DNA from: Neophaeotheca triangularis
Lineage: Eukaryota
Length of the DNA stretch: 64,000 bases
Assembly: GCA_054600435.1 (NCBI GenBank)
Contig: BAAIJX010000007.1
Location: 496,001-560,000, forward strand
Direction of reading: 5' to 3'
A model generated the notes under the pieces. That model was not told the origin of the DNA, did no database searches, and worked only from the letters and a program-made list of their open reading frames with translations. Of this stretch, positions 33,851 to 45,327 are shown one piece after another (the stretch's first letter is position 1; the number at the start of each line of letters is the position of its first letter). A program made the position numbers and the translations under genes.

Positions 33851-34240
33851 GACTGTTAAGTTGAGAGTTCTAGTGATGTCGGTTCTTAGGTAAGGTGTAG
33901 AGGACGTCTTGGTAGGTGCTGTTTACATTGAATGAGATGCGTTTGCAAAACGAAAGTAAGTTGTGCCTCGCGATCATCAGAGGCTAGTGGATTTCGAGGT
34001 TCCAGGAGTCTGAAAGTGCTTCAGCGGTTTGGTGACTGTTTGGCAAGTACTCCAGAGCGAAGCTAGCCTTGCCTTCCAGATAGCTTAAGACGGTTATCAC
34101 GGCAAGTTAGATGCAGCGCTCTCTTTCGATGCAGCTTTGCACCAGGTGCATCAATTCTCCAATCGCTAATTCCATCCCTGAAATTTCAAGCAAGCTCAAA
34201 CATCCAGCAACGGAATAGATCTTGGGTAATTCACACTCCA

Positions 34241-34893
34241 ATGAATCGATCTGTAAAGCAGAAGGTTGAGAAAGACGGTATCCCAGTTCCGAAGACATAT
34301 TACACCTCCCCAATAACGACGTGCTCGCAAACCGCCAACATCAGCTTCTCCGGTCTCGACTTGCCATACGACTACCCCTTCGTTCCACGGTCAAGGAACT
34401 ATTCCGTGAAGACATCCCTATCCACACTTGCGACCGTCGAAGCAACAAAACATACATCTAGGACCGTTCCCCGACGTTTGAGTTTGAAGATTCAACGAGT
34501 ACGATGAGCTTTGGGGTAGAGTCAAAGGAGAAATGAGCAGTGCCCAGGATTACTGCTCGAAACGCACGCTCGATCGGATATTCGCCACCAACAATCACAC
34601 GTATATCTCCATCACCGCCCACTCGGGGGAGGTCGCCAGCATCTTGCGTACGCTCGGCCAGCAGCTTTTCAGGCTGAGCACCGGCCAGGCCATTCCTGTA
34701 CTCGTTGCTGCCAAGTTACTGCAGGAACCAGACGACGAGCACCAGTGTTGAGCCATGGAGGACCAAGTCGGGCTGCCACGACGCGCGGCCGATAACGAGC
34801 GCGCGGGATACTGGCTGCATCTGCGCAGGTACCGCTTCTGCTGGCACACCGAGGTCGCCGCCTACTACCACGGCCTCTCCAACGTCGTACTAA
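34241..34893 (+). pseudogene. Histidine phosphatase / phosphoglycerate mutase-like (Pmu1-type) pseudogene, C-terminal half only
   Basis: Family motifs are spread over successive frames: YYTSPITTCSQTANISFSGLDLP; frameshift near 34387; TVKELFREDIPIHTCDRRSNKTYI, then TAG 34459; frameshift near 34490; FNEYDELW...SSAQD...ISITAHSGEVASILRTLG...LSTGQAIPVLV; frameshift near 34740; Cys-containing tail. No N-terminal RHG motif seen. Confidence 0.8.
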
Positions 34894-35074
34894 TTGTCGA
34901 AGTCGTAGATGTCATTTAGATGCGAGACCACTTCGTCTGCAGTAAAGATGCTCCGAGGTATTTGATGATAGGCAAGAAAGGCGTGCAAGCTCCTGAGATA
35001 GATGTATCGTGTCCGTAGTTTCGCAGCTGCATGAGTTGTCCGCTGCCCAACCGAAGGATAGCATGTAAAAACGT

Positions 35075-35585
35075 TCACTCTTGAGAAGATGTCTCAGCCT
35101 CATTCATCACAACTTGCACAATCGTCCTGAAAGCTTCCATCTCTTCCTCCACAGTGCCTCCCTGCACCGAACCAGAGAGGTTGATGCTGCTGCTGACATA
35201 GCATGGCTTCTTTGTCTTACGTGCGAGTAATTTGGCCATTCTCGTAGCAAAGTCAAGCGAGGACGGAACGGTATACAGTGCCGTGCTGATCGGCTGGTTT
35301 GGGTTGTAGCGCTGAGGGGATTGTCAGCCTCGAGCCTTTTTCAAGTTGAAGTGGTTCCTTGCTTACATCCGGCATAGCATATACTAGACTTCCCATGCTT
35401 GAGCCAGCCTGTCCTGCGTCCAGAGCCGCGCTTGTCAGAAACAGCGTGACGGTGGCAGCAAGGATAGTAAGTCGAAGGTGTATCCGCGTTCCGGGGTCAC
35501 TCGCAAGTGTTATGGATCGCTCAATGGGCTTGATGCCGATAGGTGTGCCATTGGTGGCCTCTGCCGCTTGTGCGTCTGCTGCCAT
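35075..35585 (-). CDS. PAC4: 20S proteasome assembly chaperone 4-like protein
   Basis: ATG 35585, intron 35366-35312, stop 35077-35075. Spliced product has MGSLVYAMPDRYNPNQPISTALY...DFATRMAKLLARKTKKPCYVSSS...GGTVEEEMEAF, the fungal PAC4/Poc4 pattern. Confidence 0.75.
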
Positions 35586-35787
35586 GACCGTGTGAAAATG
35601 TGATGTGGGGTGATTGTTGTTGGAGAGGCCGAAAGAGGAAAGCATGTAACTTAACGGCGGGGATGAGCTTGGGCCACCTTGAGTAGCAGGAATGCACAAC
35701 TTTAAGGCGGATATATGTATTGCCTTTTTATTGGCCGAGCAGCACTGTAAAGCTCAGTCGAGAGGCATCAGAGCTTTGAGACAGTTT

Positions 35788-37132
35788 ATGATGGAACAGC
35801 AGAATGGTATAGACGCCGTTTCGGAGGAGGCTCAGTTCGACCCCTTCGAGGATCCGGAAGAGGAGCGGGTCCTGCATGCTGCTCTGGATTCGTTTCGGTG
35901 AGTCGAAACCATGCCCGTGTTCGTGACCATATTCTGACAATATCCACAGCCAATACCGTAGCGCAGCGCACTACAATGTCACCCATCTCCGCCGGCAGTC
36001 CTTCTACTCGCTGCCGTCGAAGCACATGGAAATGCTCTCGGCTTCGCCATTCTCCCTGCCAAAAACTTTCCGAGCTGTAGACGATGCCATTGACAGGAAT
36101 GCAGACATCGCTGATGCCATTCTTCAAAGCGGTCTATCTTCCTTCGGTATTGACCCGTCAGATGAAAGCTGGAGAGGCAAAGCTACCCCCAGCGACATGG
36201 ACAAAGCTCGATCAACTATACGCCAGTTACACCGTGATTGGTCTGGTGAGGGCGAGTTCGAACGACAAAGCACGTTTTCTCCTCTCTTCGAGGCTTTGGA
36301 GACGCATCTCGAGACACTTCCATCGTCTCAAAAGCACAAGCACAAAGTATTGCTACCAGGAGCTGGCTTAGGGAGGTTGCTATTCGACCTTTGCTGCGCA
36401 GGCTACACTGTTGAAGGCAATGAGATCTCCTACCACCAGCTGATAGCATCAAATTACATCTTGAACGAAACGAACTCGGCGGGCGAGCACCAGTTGTACC
36501 CCTGGGCCCTAAGCTTCTCAAACCACTTGACGAGAGCGAATCAATTGAAGGTCGAGATGATTCCTGACGTCCACCCTGCAACCACGCTAAATGCCAGATC
36601 TGAGGAGATACAAAGCGAACTTCACTACTCTGAACGCATGTCCATGACTTCCGGTGACTTCTGCTCGCTGTACCGAGAGCCAGGATACGAGGGCGTTTTC
36701 TCGGCGGTTATGACTTGCTTCTTCATCGACACTGCTCCGAACGTCATCAATTATATCGAGACTGTACTGCACTGTCTTGCGTCTGGTGGTATTTGGATCA
36801 ATCTAGGTCCGCTTCTGTGGCACTTTGAGTCTGCGCCGACGCCCGCAGAGAAGGCGAGGCAGAAGGACAAGCATTTTCATGGATCTGGCAGTCACGGGAT
36901 GCACAGCCATAGTCACGATGACGGTGCTGCTGCGAGAGAGGGTGGTGATGGGATTGGTGATCCGGGGTCGTTTGAGCTCAGCAATGATGAGGTGATTGCG
37001 TTAGTAGAGCGGTGCGGTTTCGAGATGCTGGAGCAGAGGGAAGATGTTGCGGGCACAGGCTATATTCAAGATCCGAATAGTATGCTGCAAAACACATATC
37101 GGCCAACGTTCTGGGTGGCCCGTAGGAAGTAA
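35788..37132 (+). CDS. CARNMT1: Carnosine N-methyltransferase-like (N2227 family)
   Basis: ATG 35788, intron 35898-35949. DMDKARSTIRQLHRDWSGEG, VLLPGAGLGRL, GNEISYHQL, TCFFIDTAPN, WINLGPLLWHF. Confidence 0.9.
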
Positions 37133-37481
37133 TTGATACTTGCAAGGCCTCGGTCTTCGGAATTATTGTAAAGTCAATTCATCTACGTGCCAAAGGCATA
37201 GGGTCCCATAAATGAGGTCTGCGTAACTTCGAATGAAAGCGCTTGTGGGGTTTAAGAAGCGTAGGGTAGATCAACATGCCGCGAAATGTCTTCGAGAAAA
37301 GTCACCTATCACTCACTGCTCCTGAAGCGCGTTGACTCTTACGCTTAGTGCTGAAAATCTACGCTAGAGGCTTCTAATGCACTTTAGGTGTCCATGGTTA
37401 AGCTATATATTTTTTAACTCGCTTGCGCTTTGTACTCTCGTCATATCCAAAGTGGGACGATATCCCCCAGTGTCAGGGTTT

Positions 37482-37570
37482 GCCTTCTTAGCTCAGGGGT
37501 AGAGCGTTGCACTTGTACGCGCGCGCACAAGATTATGCAAAGGTCGCTAGTTCAAATCTGGTAGGAGGCA
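37482..37570 (+). tRNA. tRNA-Thr(UGU) with 17-nt intron
   Basis: Acceptor stem GCCTTCT/AGGAGGC plus A, D-arm GCTC/GAGC, anticodon stem TTGCA/TGCAA with TGT at 37514-37516, intron 37518-37534 after position 37, T-arm GCTAG-TTCAAAT-CTGGT, followed by a TTTTT Pol III terminator. Confidence 0.95.
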
Positions 37571-38006
37571 CTTTTTGCCAACGACGGTGGTGTGGATGCT
37601 TTTTTACCAACTTTGGCATCGGCGAGAGCTCTACTACGACTTCTAGAGGACGTTGGAGGGCTCGTATGAATTAATTGGATTATTTTGGAGTTTTTGAGAG
37701 CCTTTTTGTATCATAGAAAATATCTTGAGCTAGCTACATGATGCTCATACCTCTCACAATGGGTCAAGAGAACCGCAGTCGAGGGGAATGCCTAGGTGCA
37801 TTGCGTAGTGAGCTGGGAAGAATTATCATGGAACGGATAGCACTCCTAGGTACCAAAAGCGCCCACTTGACGAATGGTTGAAGAATGTCATCGGGGCTTG
37901 AGTCAAGTCTTAGAGCTCCAGTATACTACGAGCATTCCGTTCAATTCGGTTACGCTGCCTAGCTAGATTTGAAGGCCTTGCACCACCCTCTACCGACATC
38001 TCCGGA

Positions 38007-39164
38007 CTACGACAGATCCATCCAAGCCTCTTTCTCCCGCGCCTTGGCCTTGGCCTTCTCCTTCTGCTTAGCCTGAACACTTCGAGGCACAAACCTCAGA
38101 GCGGCAGTCATGTTAGCTGCCAGCTCGTCAACGTCCGCCGAGGACTTTTCATTTGCTCGACCCATCGCCTTTCGAAGAGACCCCAGCCCCGCCATCTCAT
38201 CAACGACCTCGTCCATGGTCGCCCTTGACGACTGCGATCTGGCCAAAGAGGCACGCGGTGACTTCAATGTGCCGTCTTTGAACTCGAAGACCGTTGAACT
38301 GGCTGGGGTCTCTTTCGCAGGGGTGGTCGCTCGCTCGCCGAGTGCCTTGGGTGAAGTTCTGGCAGCAGTTCTCAACTGGCCAGTTCGCTGTGGTTGTGGA
38401 AGGTCTTCGGAAGTAACGTCGCGAGCAGAGACGCTGTCAGGGCTTTTGGCTTTCGTGGTTCGCTGTCCCTCATTGTTGGGTCCTGACTGCGTGATACCAC
38501 CACGAACCCCAAAAGCCGTTATGCCACCCCCCGGCTCGGCAGAGCCCTTGCTGCTCGATGGCGATATTGAAGCTTCCTGCGACCTACTAGCTACAGACGA
38601 GCTATCGTCCTCCCTCAAGTTCTCCCTACTGCTTCTCCTGTGCCCATCATCATCAACGCCGGGCCTCAACAGACTGTTTCGTCCTGCTATCAACCCTGTT
38701 TCCATGATCCTGAAGTCGTAGTTCTTGGGATAATGGTGCTTTTCGATCAAGTGCATCTTCCTCTTCACCCGATCTCGGCAGACCTTGTCGCATCCCTCGA
38801 CGAAGCACCCATACATTCTCTCACCCCGATCGCGCCTTACAGCGACGAACGGATCGTGGCACTCGGCGTGATGGAGGTCCAGTAACCGGGAGTCAGGAAA
38901 GCTCCTGTGACAATTCAACATAGGACAGTCATGTGAGTGAATGCTTAGTTTGTGAGAGTCGTATTCGCCGCGGTTCTCAAAGCGTAGTGGGCGGTGGGAG
39001 GGGCGCCTACACCAGAATGGACCCATGTCGTTGGTCGGTGTAGTATCGCGGTATTGTATGTATTTGGTCACAGGGCCTTCCAATTCTTCGGTGGCTATGG
39101 GTGATATGCTGTTGTTGCTGTCCGAGTCTTGTTCGTAAGCGAAAGGGCGTTTGATAGAAGGCAT
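38007..39164 (-). CDS. C2H2 zinc-finger protein, ZNF511-like
   Basis: ATG 39164. CPMLNCHRSFPDSRLLDLHHAECHDPF and YGCFVEGCDKVC...RKMHLIEKHHYPKNYDF, plus a C-terminal ALRFVPRSV motif. Confidence 0.82.
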   Translation of the reverse strand: MPSIKRPFAYEQDSDSNNSISPIATEELEGPVTKYIQYRDTTPTNDMGPFWCRRPSHRPLRFENRGEYDSHKLSIHSHDCPMLNCHRSFPDSRLLDLHHAECHDPFVAVRRDRGERMYGCFVEGCDKVCRDRVKRKMHLIEKHHYPKNYDFRIMETGLIAGRNSLLRPGVDDDGHRRSSRENLREDDSSSVASRSQEASISPSSSKGSAEPGGGITAFGVRGGITQSGPNNEGQRTTKAKSPDSVSARDVTSEDLPQPQRTGQLRTAARTSPKALGERATTPAKETPASSTVFEFKDGTLKSPRASLARSQSSRATMDEVVDEMAGLGSLRKAMGRANEKSSADVDELAANMTAALRFVPRSVQAKQKEKAKAKAREKEAWMDLS

Positions 39165-39594
39165 CCTGCCGAGTGATCGGTCTTCGTGGCGGTGAGCGCG
39201 CAACGCCAACAGATGTCTGTGATGCAGTACATGTGAGTAACAACAGGCTTTACTGCCGGTTTATTAATCGTTCTTCGAGTCTGCTGAAGTGCTGGTAATC
39301 TGCTATCCCTCCCATAGGAAGCAATCCCTCTTTAGCTGAGGACATTGTAGTTCGCATTGTGAAGAAGCCACCACCTCCAAGAGCAAGCAAGTCGGTCTTC
39401 AGTCTCTCAGTCACTCGCCATCTTTACCTACCATTCTTTCAATTCTGCATTACTCCTTGTTCAAGAGCAGATATCCACGTTCTTTGTGAACATTTGCGAC
39501 CAGCCTGTAGATGGTGGACTCTTTTCACAACGTTGGAGCGAAACCAGAGCACCTCCACTTGTAGATCCCATCTTCAATCTTGGCATATCCGATA

Positions 39595-42494
39595 ATGGAA
39601 CGTGCGCCAGTCGGAGTTGAAGGCGCCGATGCCATAGCCACCCCGACCACGACCACGACCACGACTTCCGCCGCAACACCACCATCGCCCACTACCGCCT
39701 TCGCCAACCTCAACATCTACACCCCCGCTGGAGACTTTGCGCAAATTCTCCGAGATACGCTCGCCCACATCCCAAACCAAGATCCGTATTCGGCGATCCT
39801 CAGGGTATTGCCATACGTGCCAGACGCAATCCTCTCCGCTTCACTACCAAATGGATCGCACGGGCTGCCCGTCCCACGCACTGAACCACACCTTTACTTA
39901 ACCGGGACGACGACCGAGGGGTCTTTCGAGGCAACTGATAAGCGCGCGTATGATATCCCTTGCGGGGGCAAGGAAATGGAAGACTTGCTCGTCCGCGAGC
40001 ACCAAACCGAACAACATGTTCGCAATCTTATGAAGCGAGAGGATGCGCCGGTGGGCGAACTACTGGAAGCTTTTAAACAATACCGTCAGATTTGCCAGGC
40101 CCACATCTTCGCTGTATTTGCGACCCCAGAGGCCATTAGGGTGGATGAAGGATTATGGAATCTGCATGTCGAGGGCAAAGGCTTTTTCAAGACTCATGTC
40201 AAGAACCTCGAGAAGCAGGGCGCAAATACCGCGGTGGCTGTCAGAAAGCTGAAAACGCTTTTCTTGCAGTTCATCAAAGCCGCCTCTGTCTTTTACCGAG
40301 AGTTCATCTACAATCTCAACGTTCAGTTCTCCGGCATCCCGGAGCTGGAGGCCGCCGCACGCCGTGTGAAGAGCGACCGTGCCGGCGAAAGCCCACAGTC
40401 TGCGATTTCACAGGAAGCCCGTCTGTTCGTGCTTTACACCTGCCACCAAGCCTTGGTATATCTTGGTGACCTGTCAAGGTACCGCGCTGCTGAGAAGCTC
40501 GACAAGAAGCAGGACTATGGACCTGCTATGGGCTATTACGAACTCGCAGCTGTCATCTGCCCCACCAAGGGGCATGCTCACCACCAAGCCTCCATGGTTG
40601 CTCTCAGCCAGGAACGATATATGCAAGCAATCTATCATCTGTACCGCTCAGTGGTTGTTATTGAGCCCCACAAGTTGGCCAACAAGAATCTCACCATGGC
40701 TTTTGGAAAGATCAATCGCCTCTGGGACAAATCAGAACTCATCAGGCGCAATGACCCCAACGAACCGGATTCTCTGAAAAACAAGCTCGTTGGTCTTTTC
40801 CTTCGTTTACATGCGTTATGCCACTCTGCGTGTCCTTTCGACTCATACGATGAGTTCGAGAAGACGATTCATGCCCATCTCTCGACCGAGCTGAAGATGC
40901 GCGACCTTGGACCTACCCTTTTACGCTTGGTCTTGGTGAACATCTCGGCACACCACAAGATTTCGGAAGATTTTCAAGGTATGCCGAAACGCAAAGTCCG
41001 TTTTTGAAGATAGTGGCTAATCTTTGATACACAGTAAACCCGACTGAAGGACTTACCAAAGCATTCTTTTACTCGCTACGACTCAACATCACAACTTTTG
41101 GTGCTCTCCTGCAACTATTCAAGGACGATTTGCGCCCCACCCTCGACAAAGTTGATGATGCGAGCAGCCTCGAACTTACCGACAAGGTTGGCGCGGTCAT
41201 GGCCCGTGTGCTTCCCAGTCTTCGGGTCTACAGCTCCTGGCTGCTGAAGAACAATCACTTCATCGTATCACTTGCCGCGGAGCAATTTGTGGCTACGCAG
41301 ATCGAGTCGTTCTGGGTCACCTACGCGAAGACTTTGGATGCGGTTACTGCTGAGTTTCCGATTTGGGATCTCGAGGACTCCCCTGAAGTCACGTATATGC
41401 TGGACGAGGACGTGCAAAGCCTTGGCATGCTTCCTCTCGAACAGGATAAGACTACAAATGTCTGGACGGACACGGCCACAGGGGCGTTGAAACCGAAATT
41501 CAGCGAACTTGGTGCCCAGCGAGTGTCAATGGAGGAGGAGAATCTTGCACGCATCAAAGATATGCTTGTGGCTGGTCTATACTTGGCGAACGATGACGAA
41601 GAAGCTCCCATTGGGCTTAAAGGTACCAGGATCTATCATGGCGAGCCGCCCGAGGACCCTTTACCTTTTGTGCCAACGACTAAAAGCGCTGGTGGTCCCG
41701 GAACGGATTTCGCCGATGGAAAGCAATCCGAGCCTCAGAAGGCACTCAGCTACGCTGCTGCCGCCACCCGGAAAACTGCACCTAGCGCACCTGTCCGCAA
41801 CGATACCGCGAACGCACCTCGTCAGCCAGTCCGCCGTGAGACCAGTCGCTTCGACGACATGAACCGCATGGTCAACCAACTTGTAGGCGATGAAGATGAC
41901 GGTGACGACCCGGTCACCCCACCACAACAGTACACTCTGACTCCGGCTATTGCAAACACAAATGGCAATACGTACGGCGGTCATCATGCCAAGGCACAAG
42001 ACGCTGCTAAGATGCCGCCACCACAACCAACCAACTACGGCTACCAAGGCAAACGCTCGTCCACCGCAGCTGCTGCACCCTCTGGTACACCAAACAATCG
42101 CATCCCGAAGCAAACATCTTCACCATGGATGGGTTCTCCCTTTAGCGTCTCTTCGAACATTCCTTCTGATGTCCCACAAGGTACCAGGACTCCCCAAACA
42201 GCGCGTGACGGTCACTCTCGGATCGGTTCCGCGACTAGCATTCGCAGCCGCAACTCTCAGGGCGAATCGCCCATATACTCCTCAATGGACCTCCCGCACC
42301 CGCAGCAACGCCGGGCACCGGGCGCAGGGCCGCTTGTGAATGGCTACTCTTTCAACACACCTGCCGCCAGTCCGCTGCTATTCGGTGCTAGCAACACCAT
42401 GTGGAGTAACGGCAGTGGCGGCGGTTTTGGAGGGAACTTGAGGAGGAGCTTTGGGGAGGCAACTGGTAGCCCACCGAATGGGCAAGGCGGCTGA
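39595..42494 (+). CDS. Est1/Ebs1/SMG7-family protein (TPR/14-3-3-like domain, no PIN domain seen)
   Basis: CHQALVYLGDLSRYR...AMGYYELAAVICPTKGHAHHQ...AIYHLYRS...HKLANKNL is the EST1 DNA/RNA-binding domain signature. Intron 40979-41034 joins the two ORFs in frame. Start may be 39595 or 39976. Confidence 0.85.
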
Positions 42495-43123
42495 TTTCAA
42501 AGAGAAGAGTCCTGGGGTTTTCCAGGCATACGTTCGACCATCACGCCATGCTTAGCCTGGGCTGCTTCTGCCTCTCGGGTACACCTCAACCTTTACGGGC
42601 CAACTCGCGCGCGCACCACCTTTGCTCTACTCAAGCGACTGTCGTGGACTTTGGGTTATGCTCGCTGGGCAGAAAATTCATGCGTCGCGCAGAGTCTTGC
42701 ATATGAGTACCTTGAAGCGGTTTCCGTCCGCGAACCGTCATCCCATGCCACGAAGGCCGTTGGTACAATGGCCAACAAGGGCATGTCACTGGCTATTTAC
42801 TGCATCTGCACGACGTCACCGCCGACTGGAGGCCTTGCCTATACCATGCGAAGACCCCGCATCTGCAGCAGGCCGCGTTCTTTTTTTCAAAGCATTCTAT
42901 TTCATCTGCCGAGTCTCGATCTTGTCGAGTACTTGCAAAGTACCATTCCTGGCCAGCTTACTTCTTTGTTGCGTTCTGCGATGAGTAGCAAGTGCTTGAC
43001 TTGTCTAACGATCTGCCCATGCACTCATAGTTAACCAAATTTGCTCTTTACACCCATAACTCTCTAATTTCCAAGACCCAATTGCTATTGAACATGTTGT
43101 CGGCCTATGATACTCTGGCGCAA

Positions 43124-43244
43124 GCACGTGTGATTGGTCATTGCTGACGGCTCGGTTGATGACAGCTCGGTTGGCGCCTAACCGAAAGTGGAGAATAGCT
43201 AAGCAAGCCTCATGATCACACGTGCATCTTACTTTATACCGAGG
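43124..43244. promoter_or_regulatory. PEX11 upstream element cluster
   Basis: 11-bp inverted repeat GCACGTGTGAT/ATCACACGTGC (43124-43134, 43215-43225), tandem TGACRGCTCGGTTG (43145-43158, 43160-43173), and CCGAGG at 43239-43244. Confidence 0.5.
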
Positions 43245-43380
43245 TTAATGAGAGTTTGCCTTGGTCAATGGTAAAGCCCCGAATGACTTGGAACACACAC
43301 GACTTGCTCTGTTTGTTCATTTGTCCTACTTTTCGACGACTGCTTCTATCCAATACTCGGCTATCTAACAACCACCAAAC

Positions 43381-44364
43381 ATGTCTGACCCAGCAAGCGA
43401 GCCAGGAGCACCAGATGGCGGCAACATAAACATCCCTCCGGCGGCTGAGGGGTCAGTCTCGAAGAAGGCACAGGCGAAACTACCTAACCTTGCCTCGATT
43501 GCTTCGACACCTGATCGCGTATTGTTGCGATTGAACAAGTGAGACAAATTCAGGAGTAGCTATCGTCCTAGTTATGATTTTTAACCCCTCGCCAGATTGC
43601 TCGCAGCTCCAGGCGGTCTATCGGCTTTCCTCTCCACCTTCAACTACACTCTCTACCTTTTGGCCTACCTCGAAGCCAAAAGTCTTCCTCTCCAAGCACG
43701 CCTCGCAGCCATTCTCTCCCGCACCCCCGCCGCCAGCGCCATCTCCACCCTCCAAGGCCCCTCACAAATCGCAGCCTTCGCGGGCCTTCTCTCAAACACG
43801 CGCACAACCCTCCGTCTGTTCGGCCTCTTCCCACTTTACGCCTGGTTTCGCCAACTCCTCCAGGGTCCCAAACCCGGCCAAGACACTGTCCTCTACTGCA
43901 CCTCCCTCGCGCAATGCACTCTCTACATGATCTTCCAGGGTCTGGAGAACATTGCTCTCCTCACCGACCACAAAGTCCTCTCTCCCAGCCTCGTGGGCCG
44001 CATCGACCGCGCCTCGCCCGCGGGTTCGACAGCTGGCGTCTACAAGATCTCCTACAGGGCCTGGATGCTCGGTGTCATGTGTGATTTCATTCGTCTCGGG
44101 CGTGAAGCGCAGCTCGAGCAAGCGAGGCGCGCCGAGCGGGATGCTGGCGGGCAGAAGAGCGGCCGGGCTAACTACATGGAGCAGGACGCGGTTGTGGACA
44201 AGAGGTGGTGGCAAGATGCCGTCGTGCCCCTGAGCTGGGCGCCCATGGCTTTGCAGTTTGGTACTGAGACTGGGTTCCCCGGATTCAACCTGGGAATGAT
44301 GGGTCTCTCGGGTGGTATTGCGGGTTTGGGTAAGATTATGGCAATGTGGGAAGCGACGAAGTAG
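43381..44364 (+). CDS. PEX11: Peroxin PEX11-family protein (PEX11C/gamma-like)
   Basis: ATG 43381, intron 43539-43595. DRVLLRLNKLL...GLSAFLSTFNYTL, LLSNTRTTLRLFGLFPLY, FQGLENIALL, WAPMALQF and a C-terminal Gly-rich hydrophobic segment. Confidence 0.78.
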
Positions 44365-45327
44365 GAACAAGGAGCCAGTGGTGGAGGGTGGTGCTGTGTT
44401 GATTCATGTTCTTAGTGTCTTTGGGGCTGCTGAAGTTCGGACACCGGAATACCTGATATGTTGGACACTGCTCATTTGTTTGAAGTGAGAGGTGGCTTGA
44501 TTTAATACCACAGTATCGTACGTAGCTTGCATCTGCAATTTTATCAGAACACTTGACCGCTTTTCAGCTGCTGTACGCCTATCACCTTTTTCTTCCTATA
44601 CCATTTCTCATCCCAGGCCTGTATGGTATACCACATTTCCCAATGCCACTGCATCTACCACAGGCGGAGACATGCCCGGCACGTGCCCACGACCCGGTGA
44701 CCCGGCGATCGAGAAAGAGCTAGCGCCGGCAACAACCTCGGCTGGACGGCGACGCGGCAGATCCGTGGGACTAGCGTCTAGCGCCCGAGGTCGACCAACG
44801 TCCGCGAACAAAAGCGCCCAGTGAGCAGCAGACGAAACGCTTTTGGTTCGTCTCTTTACATCACTTCATGACCGCACGCCGGATGCGCCGGAAAGATGCA
44901 GCTCCTCAACTCCGAACTGCATGGAACCCCAGTGCGCTGACGACCAAGCCTCGAGGTACCAAGCATTTTGATTGGCGCGCGGCTTGCGTCTTGTTTGGCA
45001 TGGCTTTGATCATGGATAAGTTCTGATTCGGAGTTTGGACTGCTACGCACTGTTCCACAACCTCATGATGCAGATGACAGATTTGGGTGATGGTAGGTTG
45101 GGGAGATGGAGACGGTTCTGTGCGCTATTAAGGTTTCTTTGATGACTTCTTCATTGTTTGGCTGAGTTCTTTCCTTTCTTCTCTTATTTTCTACGCTTCA
45201 AGGCATTGAAAAAAAATCGCTAATCGCATTTATCGTCCTCCACCTGAGCAGCACCGCAACCGGCAGTAGGAAGTTCCCAGGATCACGGGCTGAGCAGCCA
45301 CCGACTTTGAAAGGGTTGTTAGAAACC

